A stretch of DNA of 64,000 nt from Eledone cirrhosa (taxonomy: Eukaryota): assembly GCA_964016885.1 (NCBI GenBank), contig OZ024744.1, forward strand, positions 109,182,001-109,246,000, read 5' to 3'. The position numbers and the translations under genes were made by a program. A model generated the notes under the pieces. That model saw only the letters and a list, made by a program, of their open reading frames with translations. It was not told the DNA's origin and searched no databases. Positions 1 through 12,162 of this stretch are shown in pieces (position 1 is the first letter of the stretch; the number at the start of each line of letters is the position of its first letter).

Positions 1-1080
1 AGTGTGACAGCCAACACAGTAAAACATTAGCTACTGAAATCCCTACGCGTCATCACAATGCCATCAACCGATTGGTTAGTGTTTTAGAAATTTACGTGAT
101 GGTAGGAAATGAAATAGTTGATATATACAAACTGATTGTGCTGCAACAGCTGCATGGTTCTGTCTCCTTTTTTCCATCTCAACATGTATTTTATTCCTTG
201 ACTTATTTAACAATTATTTATAGTTCATCTGCACTGTGGTGGCTTTTCTAAAATAAATATATTTTCATAAACATTTTCAAATAAATAGTTAAATATTTTA
301 GGACAAGGAGGAGTTTCAGGCACTTTTGCATCAAACAGCTAACAGAAAACTGAAGCCAGATTTGATCAGAATGATATCTAAAGAGTTAAACAAGGAAATA
401 AATTATGGTGAAATTAGTTGTTGTTTAGCCCAAGGTCTTATGATCATAAAATTATTTTCCTAGATTTTTGCTGGGTTTTTTTTCTGAAAGTGAACTAATT
501 ATCCAATGTATATCCATTTCAAACATAATGTATCTAAGACTACCTTCTTTGTGTTTTTTTCATTTTTAAGACATTAGGTCAAATTTTAGGGAATTACTCA
601 TTGTAATGGAGATACATGGTTCAAAAACATTAATAGCACATTTCACTGCAGTAATAGATAAGTGCTCTACATTTGGATTTCTCTCATTTGAGCCTAGCAA
701 TTGAACTCTTCTGGAAGATCTTGTCTAAGTTTGCCATAAAGCTTCAAAAAAAGCAGCAATCTTCTGAGTTTGGCTGGTGATACAAGGCAGCTGCTTCTGT
801 TGTAGTAGCCACCTATGGTCTATATAATCTCTTGGAAGACCTCCATTAAAGCATGAATTTAAATACATAGGGGATGTATAGATCAATATAAATGTTATAG
901 AAACATTTACTATGAGTTGTTGGTGATTGGTTGGTTACTTTTTAGTATATTGGACATAGATAGACATTCAAAAATAAGTAAAAAGATTGGAATGTGTATA
1001 TGTGGTATCGGTATACATTTATTACATTTGCATATGTGTGTGTGTGTGCATGTACACATGTGTATCTATCTATCTCTCTA

Positions 1081-1122
<42 letters not shown>

Positions 1123-1361
1123 CACACACAGACACACATATATATATATATATATATATACATATGTAGATATATATATAGATATAGATATATATATACA
1201 CACACACACACACATATATATATATACACATGAACTAATAATCTTAAGAGACTTGAGATAAACTGTCTTTGGTATTGATTAGAGACTGAATAGCTTGTTG
1301 GCTGGAATATAGGAATATAGTTGATAAGATCCATTACCTAGGCAACCTAACCTGGTAGTGG

Positions 1362-1398
<37 letters not shown>

Positions 1399-1814
1399 CA
1401 CACACATATATGTGTGTGTATGTGTGCACCCATATACACGTGTATGTATAACAAGTAATAGATAACACCATATCGGCAGTTGGAAAGTAGGTGGGTAGAT
1501 GGGGGAGGGGGGTGGGGTATTGGTATGTGGGGGAGGAGGAATTTTGTTTTTGTCTTTGTTTTTGTTTTGTTTGGGGAAAATTGTTCTGGTGGGGTTCTGT
1601 GTGAGTGGGTTTAAAATAATAAGTAAGATAATTTCTGTTACCTTGGTGACGTAATTAGCATTCAAAGGGTTTCGGTGGTGGTGAAGTGGGGTGGGAGTGT
1701 AGAAAGGGAGAAGAGGAGGAGGAGGAGGAACAGTAAACAGGGGCGAGGAGGTGATGGTAGTAGTGTATGCAATGAGTTGACTTAATGAGGGTACACCTCA
1801 CATTATACATACAT

Positions 1815-1975
1815 GATATGGCTGTGTGGTTAAGAGGTTCACTTTGCAACCATGTGCTTCTTGGTTCAGTCCCACTGTGTGAAACCCCGGGGCCAAGTTC
1901 TTTCTACTTTAGCCTTGGCTTGACTAATGTCTTGTGGGTGGTGTTTCATATCATAGACAGAAACTGCAGAAGCCT
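1815..1975 (+). mobile_element. Old tRNA-derived CORE-type SINE (family C), degenerate
   Basis: ATGGCTGTGTGGTTAAG A-box, GGTTCAGTCCC B-box-like motif and AGAAACTG end. A related copy lies at 41535-41692. Confidence 0.6.
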
Positions 1976-1976
1976 C

Positions 1977-2228
1977 ATCATCATCATTTTATTTTAGGTC
2001 CGCTTTTCCCTGCTTGCAAGGGTGGGACGGGAACTGATGCTGGCTTGATTTCTACAGCTGGATGCCCTTCCTAACACCAACCTCATTTACAGTGAGTGCT
2101 GGGTGCTTTTTTGCCGTGGCACCTCCACGACCACTTTGCAGTAGAATGATATGGACCCCAGTCCCTATCATCTCATTTCTACAGCTGAGTAAACTGGAGC
2201 AATGTGAAATTGCTCCAGTTTACTCAGC
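1977..2228 (-). mobile_element. SINE family A, 5'-truncated, with a terminal fold-back
   Basis: Reverse complement of the family A body and tail, ending in (ATG)n. Lacks the tRNA head. Confidence 0.85.
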
Positions 2229-2709
2229 CTATTGTATGTATATGTGTGTGTCTTTGTCTGTCTTCCTTAAATGCTTGCTTTACGTCCAATATTTTATATG
2301 GAGTTTATTCTTATGTATTATCGGTTGTGAGAAGGAGTTCTCTATACTATAGTAGAGATTAATAGTTTTAAGGTCGAGTTCCAAGCTATCGTGTTAAATT
2401 CAAAATACTTTACTATGTCTAGTTATACTATAATACAAGTGGTGTGTATATGAAAACCATTAATCTGGATACCTAAATATGGAATGTTACGCGATGCCCC
2501 CCCCCCCCCCCCCCCCCCCCGCAGGCCCAGCGGACAGGATGGAGAAGGCGTTCCCACAGAGGACAGCAAGGGAGGCGCGCTGGAAAAGCCACTCCAACTC
2601 ATGGGGTTCTCACCTGAATTTGGTGAACTTTGTTTTCCTGAAGAAATGCAATTATATGTATTATGTGTTGTGTTAATAATTGCTAATTAATTAGTAGTAT
2701 TGTAACCAT

Positions 2710-3000
2710 AAGCTTTTTTCAGGTTGACAAATGCCAGGTAGAGTGGTTTACCTTTAGCTAGGTACTTTTCCTGTAATTGCCTCACAAGAAAGAGGGCATC
2801 AGTGGTGCTTTTGTCTGGCACAATTCCGAACTGCATCTAGTCTAGATTTACCCAGTCCCTAATCAACTGTGCTATAACTCTTTCTGTTACTTTCATGACC
2901 TGGGCCATCACCTTGTTACTTCTATAGTTTCCTCTATCTAGTGCATCTCCTTTACCCTTGTAGCAGTTGACAATGATGCTGCTACACCAATCATTCAGAA
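2710..3000 (-). mobile_element. RTE-clade LINE reverse-transcriptase fragment
   Basis: DWCSSIIVNCYKGKGDALDRGNYR...VMKVTERVIAQLIR. Same family as 5741-7192, disrupted. Confidence 0.8.
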
Positions 3001-3154
3001 TATATATATATATTAAATTCAAAGTTATAGATGTCATGATTGAGATAATCTCGAACGTGTGTCCTGTCTCCCAAAATCAGCTCATAGAAAAAATTCAAAG
3101 AATAAATCCGTGCATTTAATCATCATAAAATACTAAATGACACATATATATATA

Positions 3155-3547
3155 TATACATAAATATCTAATGATATAAATGTAGAATAGGACATATCAA
3201 ACTTTAACAAGAGACAATCTGTATAGAATGTAAGAATACATAGTTCATTACAGTATCATATTAAAATTTAACAAAAATTTAAAACATAGCTACCTGATAA
3301 AAATTATATATATTTCCCTCATGTGTATCCTTCATAAAACATGAATACATTTCACCAAATATCGGTGAAGTTAGATAATCAATCTGGATCGTCAGTGAGG
3401 GAATCGATCTATCTAAACTTACACCTGTTAACATACAGAACTGAAGACGATGAGAAAAGCACATGGTATTATATTTAAAAAAACCAGTGTCTCTTGTTAA
3501 AGTTTGATATGTCTTATACATTTATATCATTGGATATTTATGTGTAT
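3155..3547. mobile_element. Penelope-like terminal fragment with ~60-bp inverted arms and an internal hammerhead-like motif
   Basis: 3155-3216 is the imperfect reverse complement of 3488-3547. The minus strand at 3403-3314 reads TTCCCTCA-CTGACGA...GAAA...CA-TGAGGGAA. Flanked by (TA)n. Confidence 0.55.
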
Positions 3548-3605
3548 AAATATGTCATTCACTATTTTATATATATATATATATATATAGTATATATATA
3601 TATAC

Positions 3606-3820
3606 TTCATTTTTTTATTTGTTTTGCAAGATTTCTTATCTGAAAACGTGTTTTGAAACAGATACTGTTATACTTTGGGGAGGTCATGCTGCACCTGTTT
3701 TTTTTTCATTTCAATTTATTATAAATTTTCGGTTGGTTGGTTCGATAACTGGGAGGTTGTTTGTATATTCTCAAAGCTCTTTCGTCACACATTCTGTGAC
3801 CTCCTCAGTGACTGGGTTTT
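3606..3820 (-). mobile_element. Non-palindromic copy of the element that forms the 25782-26143 palindrome; hammerhead-like motif
   Basis: Aligns with 25782-25970 and 26143-26200. Minus strand reads GTCA-CTGAGGA-G-GTCACA gaatg TGTGAC-GAAA-GAGCTT. Confidence 0.6.
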
Positions 3821-4080
3821 TATTTTGTGTCTCTCCTTTGTTCTGTCCTATACCACCTTGTATGTTGTGTGTTGTTACATCCAGGTGTGTGTGTGTTTTA
3901 TTTATTTATTTATATGTTTATTCACTTGTCACTAGTTAGTTGTTTGTTTTATCTGTGTGTGTATGGTTTGTTTTATTAGTTTGGTTCTTGTATGTCTGTA
4001 TGTCTTCATTTTTTCATAATTACTAGTTGTGATTTTGCTATTCCACTCATATTTTCTGTTTAATTTGCCAGACACCTAAA

Positions 4081-4500
4081 CTAGACTTTATCAGGGAGGC
4101 TTAACAAGGAGACCCCTCTGTAATTGGAACAATCTCTCTTGTCTCCAGGGATCCAGGCCACCCGGCACATACGAGTCAGCCAGAGAATACCTTCTCTATT
4201 TAAGGCTTTTAACATCTTGGGCTGGATTTCATCATCCCCAGTGGCTTTGTCACATTTGAGTTCTTTAACTGCTCTTGTGACCTCAGTCTCTGAGAGATTA
4301 GTCACCGCTCCCAGTTGCATCTTGTGTACATCAGAAGATGCTGTTGTGATCTGGTTTAGGAGACCAGCAAAGTATTCTCTCCACCTCGCGAGAATGCACC
4401 TCTCTGAAGAGAGGAGAAACCCAGATGCGTTCTTGATAGCAGGTGTGGAGGAAGACTTCTTATTACGAAGTTGGCAGATGTTCTGCCAGAACACTTTATT
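4081..4500 (-). mobile_element. RTE-clade (Expander-like) LINE fragment, pre-RT/RT N-terminus
   Basis: ILARWREYFAGLLN...EVTRAVKELKCDKATGDDEIQPKMLKAL...GDKRDCSNYRGVSLLSLPDKV. Confidence 0.85.
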
Positions 4501-4649
4501 TACTGATCTGAAGCCAGATTCCAGCTTACTCCAAAGTCCTTAACTTTGGACGCTTTAACTGTCTCTGGTGTCGTTTTTCATGCCTGCTTGTACTGCAAGT
4601 GCAAGAAGGAGGACTTATCTCCAAGCCAAGATTAGTAAGCCTTTCATAA

Positions 4650-4679
<30 letters not shown>

Positions 4680-4688
<9 letters not shown>

Positions 4689-5459
4689 AGAGAGATTGTG
4701 TGTGTCACAACACACACACTGCATTAACTTCCATTTATTTTTTGTAAATAACAAATAAAACTAATGGTTCAGTGAAATTTTTGGTAAATAGACCTTCATT
4801 TGGAAGAAAGTCTCATAAAGCTTGGGCAATGAATCTGACCTCCAAGTTATGTGAAAACGGATTTGACTTCCAAATCACGCAAAAACAATTGCTTTTTCAG
4901 AAAATGGATATGATTTGGCAGCTATTTTTTAGCATGCTGAGCTACCACGTAGCTGTTTAAATTTTACCGTAGCTTCCCCCATTTCCGAAAAATATCTGTC
5001 TCCAGTTCGAAAAACGAAAGGTTTAAGTTAGGTTTAGGGTTTTAGGGTTGGAGTTAGGGTTAGGAAATACCATGAAAAAAAACTAATGTTTTTAAAAAGA
5101 AAATTCCATGGGGGAGAAAAGTCCGAGGGTTCACCGTCTCTTCTTGATTTTTCCGGAGAAAAAATCATTTGCAGTATAGTCGGAGATGAGATTAACTGAT
5201 AGATCACAAACAAACCGAAGAAAAATAATTATTTCCAACAAAAATCAAGTCGATGTTCTAAAGATTTACCAAATTTTTATCATCATTTACTTTTATGAAT
5301 TTTCTATTTAAAACTTATTATTGTTGTTGATCTCACTGAATTTATTATGCCAATAATATTAGAAACACTTATCACAATAAATAATCAGAAAATATATCAA
5401 GTTTTGAATAAAACTTTATTATTTTCTTTAAGCCAGGCAATGCCGGGTACTTCTGCTAG
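4680..5459 (+). mobile_element. Probable non-autonomous Helitron with degenerate internal TTAGGG-like repeats
   Basis: The 3' end has a GC-rich hairpin-like CCAGGCAATGCCGGG followed about 8 nt later by CTAG|T (5456-5460), typical of a Helitron terminus. The 5' boundary is uncertain. GTTAGGTTTAGGGTTTTAGGGTTGGAGTTAGGGTTAGG lies at about 5027-5064. Confidence 0.5.
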
Positions 5460-5740
5460 TATATATATATATTGTGTGTGTTCTTGGTATGAACTTGTTC
5501 GAATTGATTAGACAGCTGCAATAATAAACTGGATACTTTCTGGTCTATTTTCCAATTTCTTGAATACTGTTATTGCCTCACTCATACACACGCATATGCA
5601 CACACACAAACACATACACACAGGTATAGCTACATACACACACAACAACATCAGCACATGTACAGAACAACAGCTACATGTAGACACACACAAGTACAGA
5701 GTAACAGTTATACATACATGTAGATATAAATGCACATCAA

Positions 5741-7192
5741 CATCATCATTTTACATCCACTTTTCCCTGCTTGCAAGGGTGGGACAGGTCCTTCAGCACA
5801 GCATCTTTCCATTTGTCACTGTCCTTTGTCAACTCCTCTGTGAGCTTCAGCAATATGAGGTCCGCTCTCGACACCTCTGCCCATGTTTTTCGTGGTTTTC
5901 CTTCCACTAGGATTTCTTGGCACTTCTTCACCCAGCAGTCATCCTCCATGCTCATTACATGTCCATACCAATGCAGTCTTCTCTCCCGCACACTACAGCC
6001 TATCCATCTTATACACAGTTTCTCTCTCAACTCGTCTATGCTTGGTTATTCACACACATTGACATTAAGCATCCATTGGAGCATGCGTGCTTCATTTCTC
6101 TCCAGCCTTCGCATATCATCTGCAGTTGCTGCCCATGTCTCACTACTGTGCAACATTGCACATCTCACACAGGCATCATATAACCAGCCTTTCGTTTGCA
6201 GGGAGAAACCCTTCTTTGTCAACAGAGGAAGCAGCTCCCTAAACTTCTTCCAACCTGTCCTTATTCTAGATACTATGGCCTTGGAGCATCCTCCTCCCTT
6301 ATTAATCTGATCACCTAGGTACCGGAAGCTATCAGCCACCTCTATAGATCTTATCTGCGTTTGAAAAATGTGCCTATCACTGACACTTCTACTATAAATT
6401 TTCCCTGAACATCTACTATATACAAATTTTCCTTTCCTCTTAGTTTTTTGCCTGCTATCCCACTACATCTCTTGTGTACCCAAGATCTGCATTGTGTTCA
6501 TTCTATAGAGTTTATGCCAACTCCTTTTCAAGCATGGCCATTTCCCTGATGGAATCAGAGTTTTGTCCGCTTTTCTACATATCAACACTTTTGTCTTAGT
6601 TAGGTTCACTCTCAGTCCTCTTGATTCCAACTGCTGTTTCCATAGCCAGAATTTATTCTCTAGCTCCTCTACTGATTCTGCTATAAGAGCCAGATCGTCA
6701 GCATAGAGAAGTTCCCATGGACAGCCAGTCTTAAACTCCTCTGTTATGGCTTGGAGGACTATAATGAACAAGAGCGAACTGCGAACCGGACCTTGATATA
6801 CTCCTAATTGTATCTGGAATTCCTCACTAAACTCCATTCCTACTCTCACTTTACTGACAGCACCTTTGTACAAAGCTTGCACTGTCCTCACAAGCCATTC
6901 CTCTAAACCAAGTTTCCTTAGGGACCACCAGATGACAGATCGAGGTACCCTATCAAAGGCCTTCTCTAGGTCAACAAAGGCTAAGTATAGTGGCTTATTT
7001 TTCTCTAAGAACCTCTCTTGTAGTTGTCTCACTAAAAAGAGGGCATCTGTTGTACTTTTCCCAGGCACAAAACCAAACTGCATCTCATCTAATTTGACCC
7101 TTTCTCTAATTAGTTGTGCTAGTATTCTTTCCGTCACTTTCATAACCTGATCCATCTGTTTTGTGCCTCTATAATTGCTACTCTCCAGGCAT
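5741..7192 (-). mobile_element. RTE-clade LINE, 5'-truncated and frameshifted: RT domain to the 3' end
   Basis: QFGFVPGKSTTDA, LAFVDLEKAFDRVPR, LLYADDLAL, FRYLG, RRLHWYGHV...GKPRKTW. C-terminus HPCKQGKVDVK* followed by a (TGA)n tail. Confidence 0.93.
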
Positions 7193-7236
7193 GAATGGAC
7201 TCATACATACACATACATACATGTAAACACACACGC

Positions 7237-7305
<69 letters not shown>

Positions 7306-7489
7306 AATAAATCTATCTTCCCACAGAATCTATAGGGTTCTTCTTTTAGACAGAGACATTATAATGTCCTTGTACAATTTTTCTATTTAAAATATTTTTA
7401 TTCTTATAACTTATATTTGTGATAGAATTAGAAGTCTGATGTATCTATATCATTCTTGATAATTAAAAATGTTATGATAGATAAGAGGA

Positions 7490-7690
7490 ATCAAATGTAG
7501 TGGTACAGGCATGTGATATGTATGGATGATGATTGTAAGATGCCAGATGACAGTGAAAGAAACCTGCAGCAGAGGAAGACCAGGGAAGATCTGGACACAG
7601 GTGGTGAGAGCTGATCTTAAGAAACTGAACCTTACATAGGAAATGATGAAGGAATCCACTAAGTGGAGTGAATACCCATCCATCTGATAC
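7490..7690 (+). mobile_element. Degenerate RTE LINE 3' fragment
   Basis: WYRHV...MDDD...RGRPGKIWTQVVRADLKKLNLT, with stops. Confidence 0.65.
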
Positions 7691-7935
7691 AAACACGGAA
7701 AAACACATAAAAGGATGATGATATATTGACTGCGTTAGGCAGAATACGCAAATGACACCACAGAATGAGAACAACTTACTCCTGTAGTTTCAATAAAGTG
7801 TTTGGTTCAAAACATCAAAGATATTACAAAATATAACAGGTGTCTAAATATAACTGGAGGGTACTATAACAACCAAAATGGAGACAGACACCACTCTAAA
7901 TATATCAGTTTATATTATATATATATATATTATAT

Positions 7936-8282
7936 GGAGGCACATGGCTTAGTGGTTAGAGCATTGGCCTTGCAATCGAAAGGTTGTGAGTTCAATTCTC
8001 AGACCGGGTGATGTGTTGTTTCCTTGAGCAAGACACTTTATTTCACATTGCTCCAGTTCACTCAGCTGTAGAAATGAGATGATAGGGATCCCAGTCCCTA
8101 TCACTCCACTGCAAAGTGTCGTGGAGGTGCCATGGCAAAAAAGCACCCAGCACTCACTGTAAATGAGGTTGGTGTTAGGAAGGGCATCCAGCTGTAGAAA
8201 TCAAGCCAGAATCAGTTCCCGTCCCACCCTTGCAAGCAGGGAAAAGTGGACGTAAATTGAAATGAATGAAAATGAAATGAAA
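7936..8282 (+). mobile_element. SINE family A, full length (tRNA head + CORE-like segment + RTE-derived body/tail)
   Basis: GGAGGCACATGGCTTAGTGGTTAGAGC A-box, GAGTTCAATTC B-box, CCTTGAGCAAGACACTT CORE-like motif. Near-identical copies elsewhere in the window. Confidence 0.9.
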
Positions 8283-8287
8283 ATATT

Positions 8288-9421
8288 TTTAGGGTAAAAT
8301 TCCCGAGATCCATGGACGAGTTCTCTCCAGCGGTCTCTGTCCTTCATCATCGTTGCCATGTCCTGCATCTCCAAAAGACCAGTGTCTGTCCTTAGGGCAT
8401 CAACATATGTCAACTTGATGCTGAGGAGGATATTAGAGGTAGCTAGAGCAAAGAGCCTTCCTGCAGTCATGGTTTCCATTGACTTTAGGAAGGCCTTTGA
8501 TTCTGTGGACCGTCACTGCCTGATGAAGATCTTACAGGCTTATGGAATCCCCAAGAAGATAGTGGACCTGATATCACTGCTCTACACCAACACCAAGACT
8601 CTGGCTTTACTGTAGCATTGGCTCAGAGTAGGAGAGTTAAGGTGAAAAAGATATCAGATGTTGAATTTGTCGATGACATAGTTCTGATGACAAACACAGT
8701 GTAGGAGGCAGAGGAGTTGATGAAGGAGGTAGAGGAGTTAGTGAAGGAGGCAGAGGAGTTGGTGAAGGAGGCAGAGGAGTTGGTGAAGGAGGCAGAGGAG
8801 TTGGTGAAGGAGGCAGAGGAGTTAGTGAAGGAGGCAGAGGAGTTGGTGAAGGAGGCAGAGGATTTGATGCAGGAGGTGGAGACTGTGTTGATGAGAATGA
8901 ATGAGATTAAGACAAAGTATGTGGTAGAGAACATTAAGAAGCCAGAGAAGATTATGAATGTAGGCGGGAAGCTGCTAGAATTGGTTGGAGACTTCCTGTA
9001 TCTGGGAGCAAAGATTGGGAATACAGAAGATGATGTGGTGTAGAGGAAGAGCAAAGCCTGGGCGGCGTGCCACAGTTTGAGATCGATGTGGAAGTCGGAC
9101 CTTCGTAAAGACCTGAAAATTCATCTATTTGTTGCTACAGTGGAGTCTGTGCTGCTGTACAGGTCTGAGACTTGGACACTGACCAAGAAACTCACTCAGA
9201 TGGTGGATGGGTGCTACACGAGAATGCTGAGGATGGCTCTGAACATTAATCAGTATACACTGAGGATGAAAAACTCAGATCTGTACGAGAGCCTCTCAAA
9301 AGTCAGCTCAAAAGTGATGCAGAGGAGACTGAGGTTAGCTGGACATGCTCACCGACATTCAGAGTTGACACTGCACTCAGTGGTCCCGTGGGAGCCCCTA
9401 CATGGACACACTAGAAGAGGG
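8288..9421. mobile_element. Second RTE-type LINE family with an internal inversion: RT part on +, extreme 3' end on -
   Basis: + strand 8418-9421: SIDFRKAFDSV, FVDD, FLYLG, VESVLLY.SETWTL, RRLRLAGH, WEPLHGHTRRG. - strand 8417-8288: KLTYVDALRTDTGL...DRDRWRELV. Confidence 0.85.
8703..8875 (+). repeat. 21-bp tandem repeat (about 8 copies) inside the LINE RT
   Basis: Unit GAAGGAGGCAGAGGAGTTGGT, translating as (EAEELVK)n. Confidence 0.9.
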
Positions 9422-9444
9422 ATATATATATATATAATCATCAT

Positions 9445-10295
9445 TGCTTAACATCTATTTTCCATGTTAGCATTGGTTAGATGGGAGAGGGAGTATAGTG
9501 GTTATGAGGTGTATACTAGGTCTTCTATATTACTGTATAATGCTAAAGATCTCGATCCTATGTCATTGCTTTTGGGAAGTGCAAGGTCAGCTTTTATCAC
9601 CTCATCCCTGGTCTTCCTGGGTCTCCCCACTCCAAGGCTTCCATCAACTTTGATCACCCTGCACCTGTCATCCTTCATACGCAATCCATGTCCATACCAA
9701 CGCAGTCTCCTCTCCTGCACACAGCATCTGATTCCTCTTATGCCCCGTTTCTGTTTCGGTTCATTCATGCTTTGTCGTTCGTGTATACTACTATTACACA
9801 TCCAATGGAGCATGCAAGCTTCATTTCTTTCCAATCTATGCAAGCCTTCTGCACACAGTACCCAGGTCTCACTACCATGTAACATTACTGTTGATGTGCA
9901 CGCATCATATAATTTGCCTTTCATTTAGCGGAAATAACCTTTTGTAGCTAACAGCAGTGTTATCTCCCTGAACTTTCTCCATCTGGTTTTTACTCTGGCT
10001 GCTGTACTTTCGGAACACCCTTGACCACTGCTGATTTGCTCACCCAGGTAATGGAAACTGTTGACTATTTCTACAGAGTTGTTGAGCATTTGCAGTAGCT
10101 AGTATCTTGTGGGCACTTGCTACTTACTGCACCTGAGCATTGGCCACATATAAAACCCATGATTTTTGATACTTGCTTGTGATCCACCTATATCTTTTAT
10201 GTACCCATAGCTTGCATTTGGGACATAGAATGGAATTTTACCTATCCTTTTCCTGCACACTGAGCAAGGCCATTTCTCAGAGGGAATCTGGGCCC
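9445..10295 (-). mobile_element. RTE-clade LINE 3' fragment, older copy
   Basis: KGKLYDAC...MLHGSETW...RLERNEACMLHWMCN...ERRLRWYGH...GRPRKT. Confidence 0.88.
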
Positions 10296-10341
10296 TATTT
10301 TCCTTTCTATATATATAGATATGTGTATGAATATATATATA

Positions 10342-10760
10342 TCATCATCATCATCATCATTTTATGTCTGCTTTTCCCTGCTTGCAAGGGTGGGACGGGA
10401 ACTGATTCTGGCTTGATTTCTACAGCTGGATGCCTTTCCTAACACCAACCTCATTTACAGTGAGTGCTGGGAGCTTTTTTTCCGTTGCGCCCACATGTCC
10501 ACTTTACAGTGAGTGCTGGGTGCTTTTTTGCCATAGCACCTCCACAACCACTTTGCAGTGGAATGATAGGGACCCCAGTCCCTATCATCTCATTTCTACA
10601 GCTGAGTAAACTGGAGCAATGTGAAATAAAGTGTCTTGCTCAAGGAAACAACACATCACCTGGTTTGAGAATTGAACTCACAACCTTTCGATTGCAAGCC
10701 CAATGCTCTAACCACTAAGCATTGGGCTTGCAATCGAAAGGTTGTGAGTTCAATTCTCAA
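10342..10760 (-). mobile_element. SINE family A with an internal partial duplication and a 5' fold-back
   Basis: Reverse complement of family A. TTTACAGTGAGTGCTGGG occurs twice. The head is duplicated in inverted orientation (10665-10760). Confidence 0.88.
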
Positions 10761-11362
10761 TTTATATGGAAAAAGTGGCTTGAAATGCATTTCGAGCCAC
10801 TTTTTTCCATATAAAACAGAAGTAACATTCAAACACCAACCAGATGTGAGTAAAACCACAAACCCTCCATCTCAACTCTACTTTTGAAAAGCACAAGAAC
10901 TGCGAAACCAGATAAATATATTTTAAAAAAAAGACTCCAGTTGCATTTTCGATTTCATCTTTTTTCCTTATACTTTCACTCGTGTAGGACACCTCGGTTA
11001 TTTTTCATTTTGTAAAAATACCTCACTTTCTAATATATATATTATAAAGAGAGACAGTTTTATGTATACATCCTCTGTTTATGACAATCCTGTTATGCAC
11101 ATTTCAAAGATATCAAAGTGGTTGTGTGATAATCATTTGATGTGTTGTCATCAGACAGGTATTAAGGTGTAAGAATTTTCTTGTTTCTGATATATTCACC
11201 ATAGTTTGGAACACGATGTTAGCTTGGACTAAAATATATATATTTATATATATATTAAAGAGTTAAACAAGATTCAATGAGTACATCAAAGAATGAGTTT
11301 TACAGTAGATTGGAAGCACTCTACAGAAAAAAATATTTTCCAGAGTTATTAATATTAAAATA

Positions 11363-11633
11363 TTTATGAATTTTATGAAAATAGATTTAAAGGATTTACT
11401 AAGCCCGCGAAAGAAAAATATACAGTGTTCAATAATCACTTAAATGTAATCTTTAACATAATTACTTATAACAGTGTCAACATTTTCGGTATGTATAATT
11501 TATGAAGTACTTATTGTTACAAATATCAAGGAATTTATTGTCAAGTAGATACATTGTCTAAAGTGTAATGATTAACGCAGAGTTTTCACGGGCCTAGTAA
11601 ATCCTTTAAATCTGTTTTCATAAAATTCATAAA
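11363..11633. repeat. Inverted repeat with ~50-bp arms and a ~170-bp spacer
   Basis: TTTATGAATTTTATGAAAATAGATTTAAAGGATTTACTAAGCCCGCGAAA versus TTTCACGGGCCTAGTAAATCCTTTAAATCTGTTTTCATAAAATTCATAAA. Confidence 0.8.
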
Positions 11634-12109
11634 ACTCAGAATTTTAGAAATGAAACATTTAATTTATAAAATTTATAAAATTAATATAAATAACCATCTA
11701 CTTTTAAAACCTAAAATTTTGATTCTTCACCCTAAAATAACATAAATTAAAGATTTTGAAATTTAACCGCTAAGTCTACATGTGGAAAAATGTTTGCATA
11801 AATTACTCCTTTATCTCTCCCTCTCTTTAATTATCTATCGGTTGCTTTCGTAAGCCAAAAACTGTAATAAAATTATAACTCCAGAGACATCTTCCTCTAT
11901 AATCCTAATTTGTAGTATCCCACATTTTAAAAACTCTATAACTGTTACATTAAAGCAATGTTCTTCTTACTCACACATTCTCTATTGATTCTATTATGTT
12001 TTCACATTTCTCATTATTAGGGTATAAATGTTGAGTTTTCTCATAAGTTAATCACTACCTTAATTAATCTTAATCATTTAACATCTCAGGGTATGTCATG
12101 TATCATTAT

Positions 12110-12162
12110 ATTTTATCTGATGAGGACGTATTGTTGTACCTCTGAAATATGTACAATAAAAT
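12110..12162 (+). ncRNA. Minimal type I hammerhead-like motif with a variant cleavage site (CA)
   Basis: ATTTTAT-CTGATGA-GGACGTATTGTTGTACCTCT-GAAA-TATGTA-CA-ATAAAAT. Stem I is a perfect 7 bp. Confidence 0.55.

Noticed and set aside
5020-5066. Interstitial telomere
   Set aside because: Only a few degenerate TTAGGG-like units inside a probable mobile element.
7936-8010. tRNA gene (A/B boxes, TTGCAAT loop)
   Set aside because: No proper acceptor stem, and it continues into a multi-copy SINE body. The same applies to the family B and C heads.
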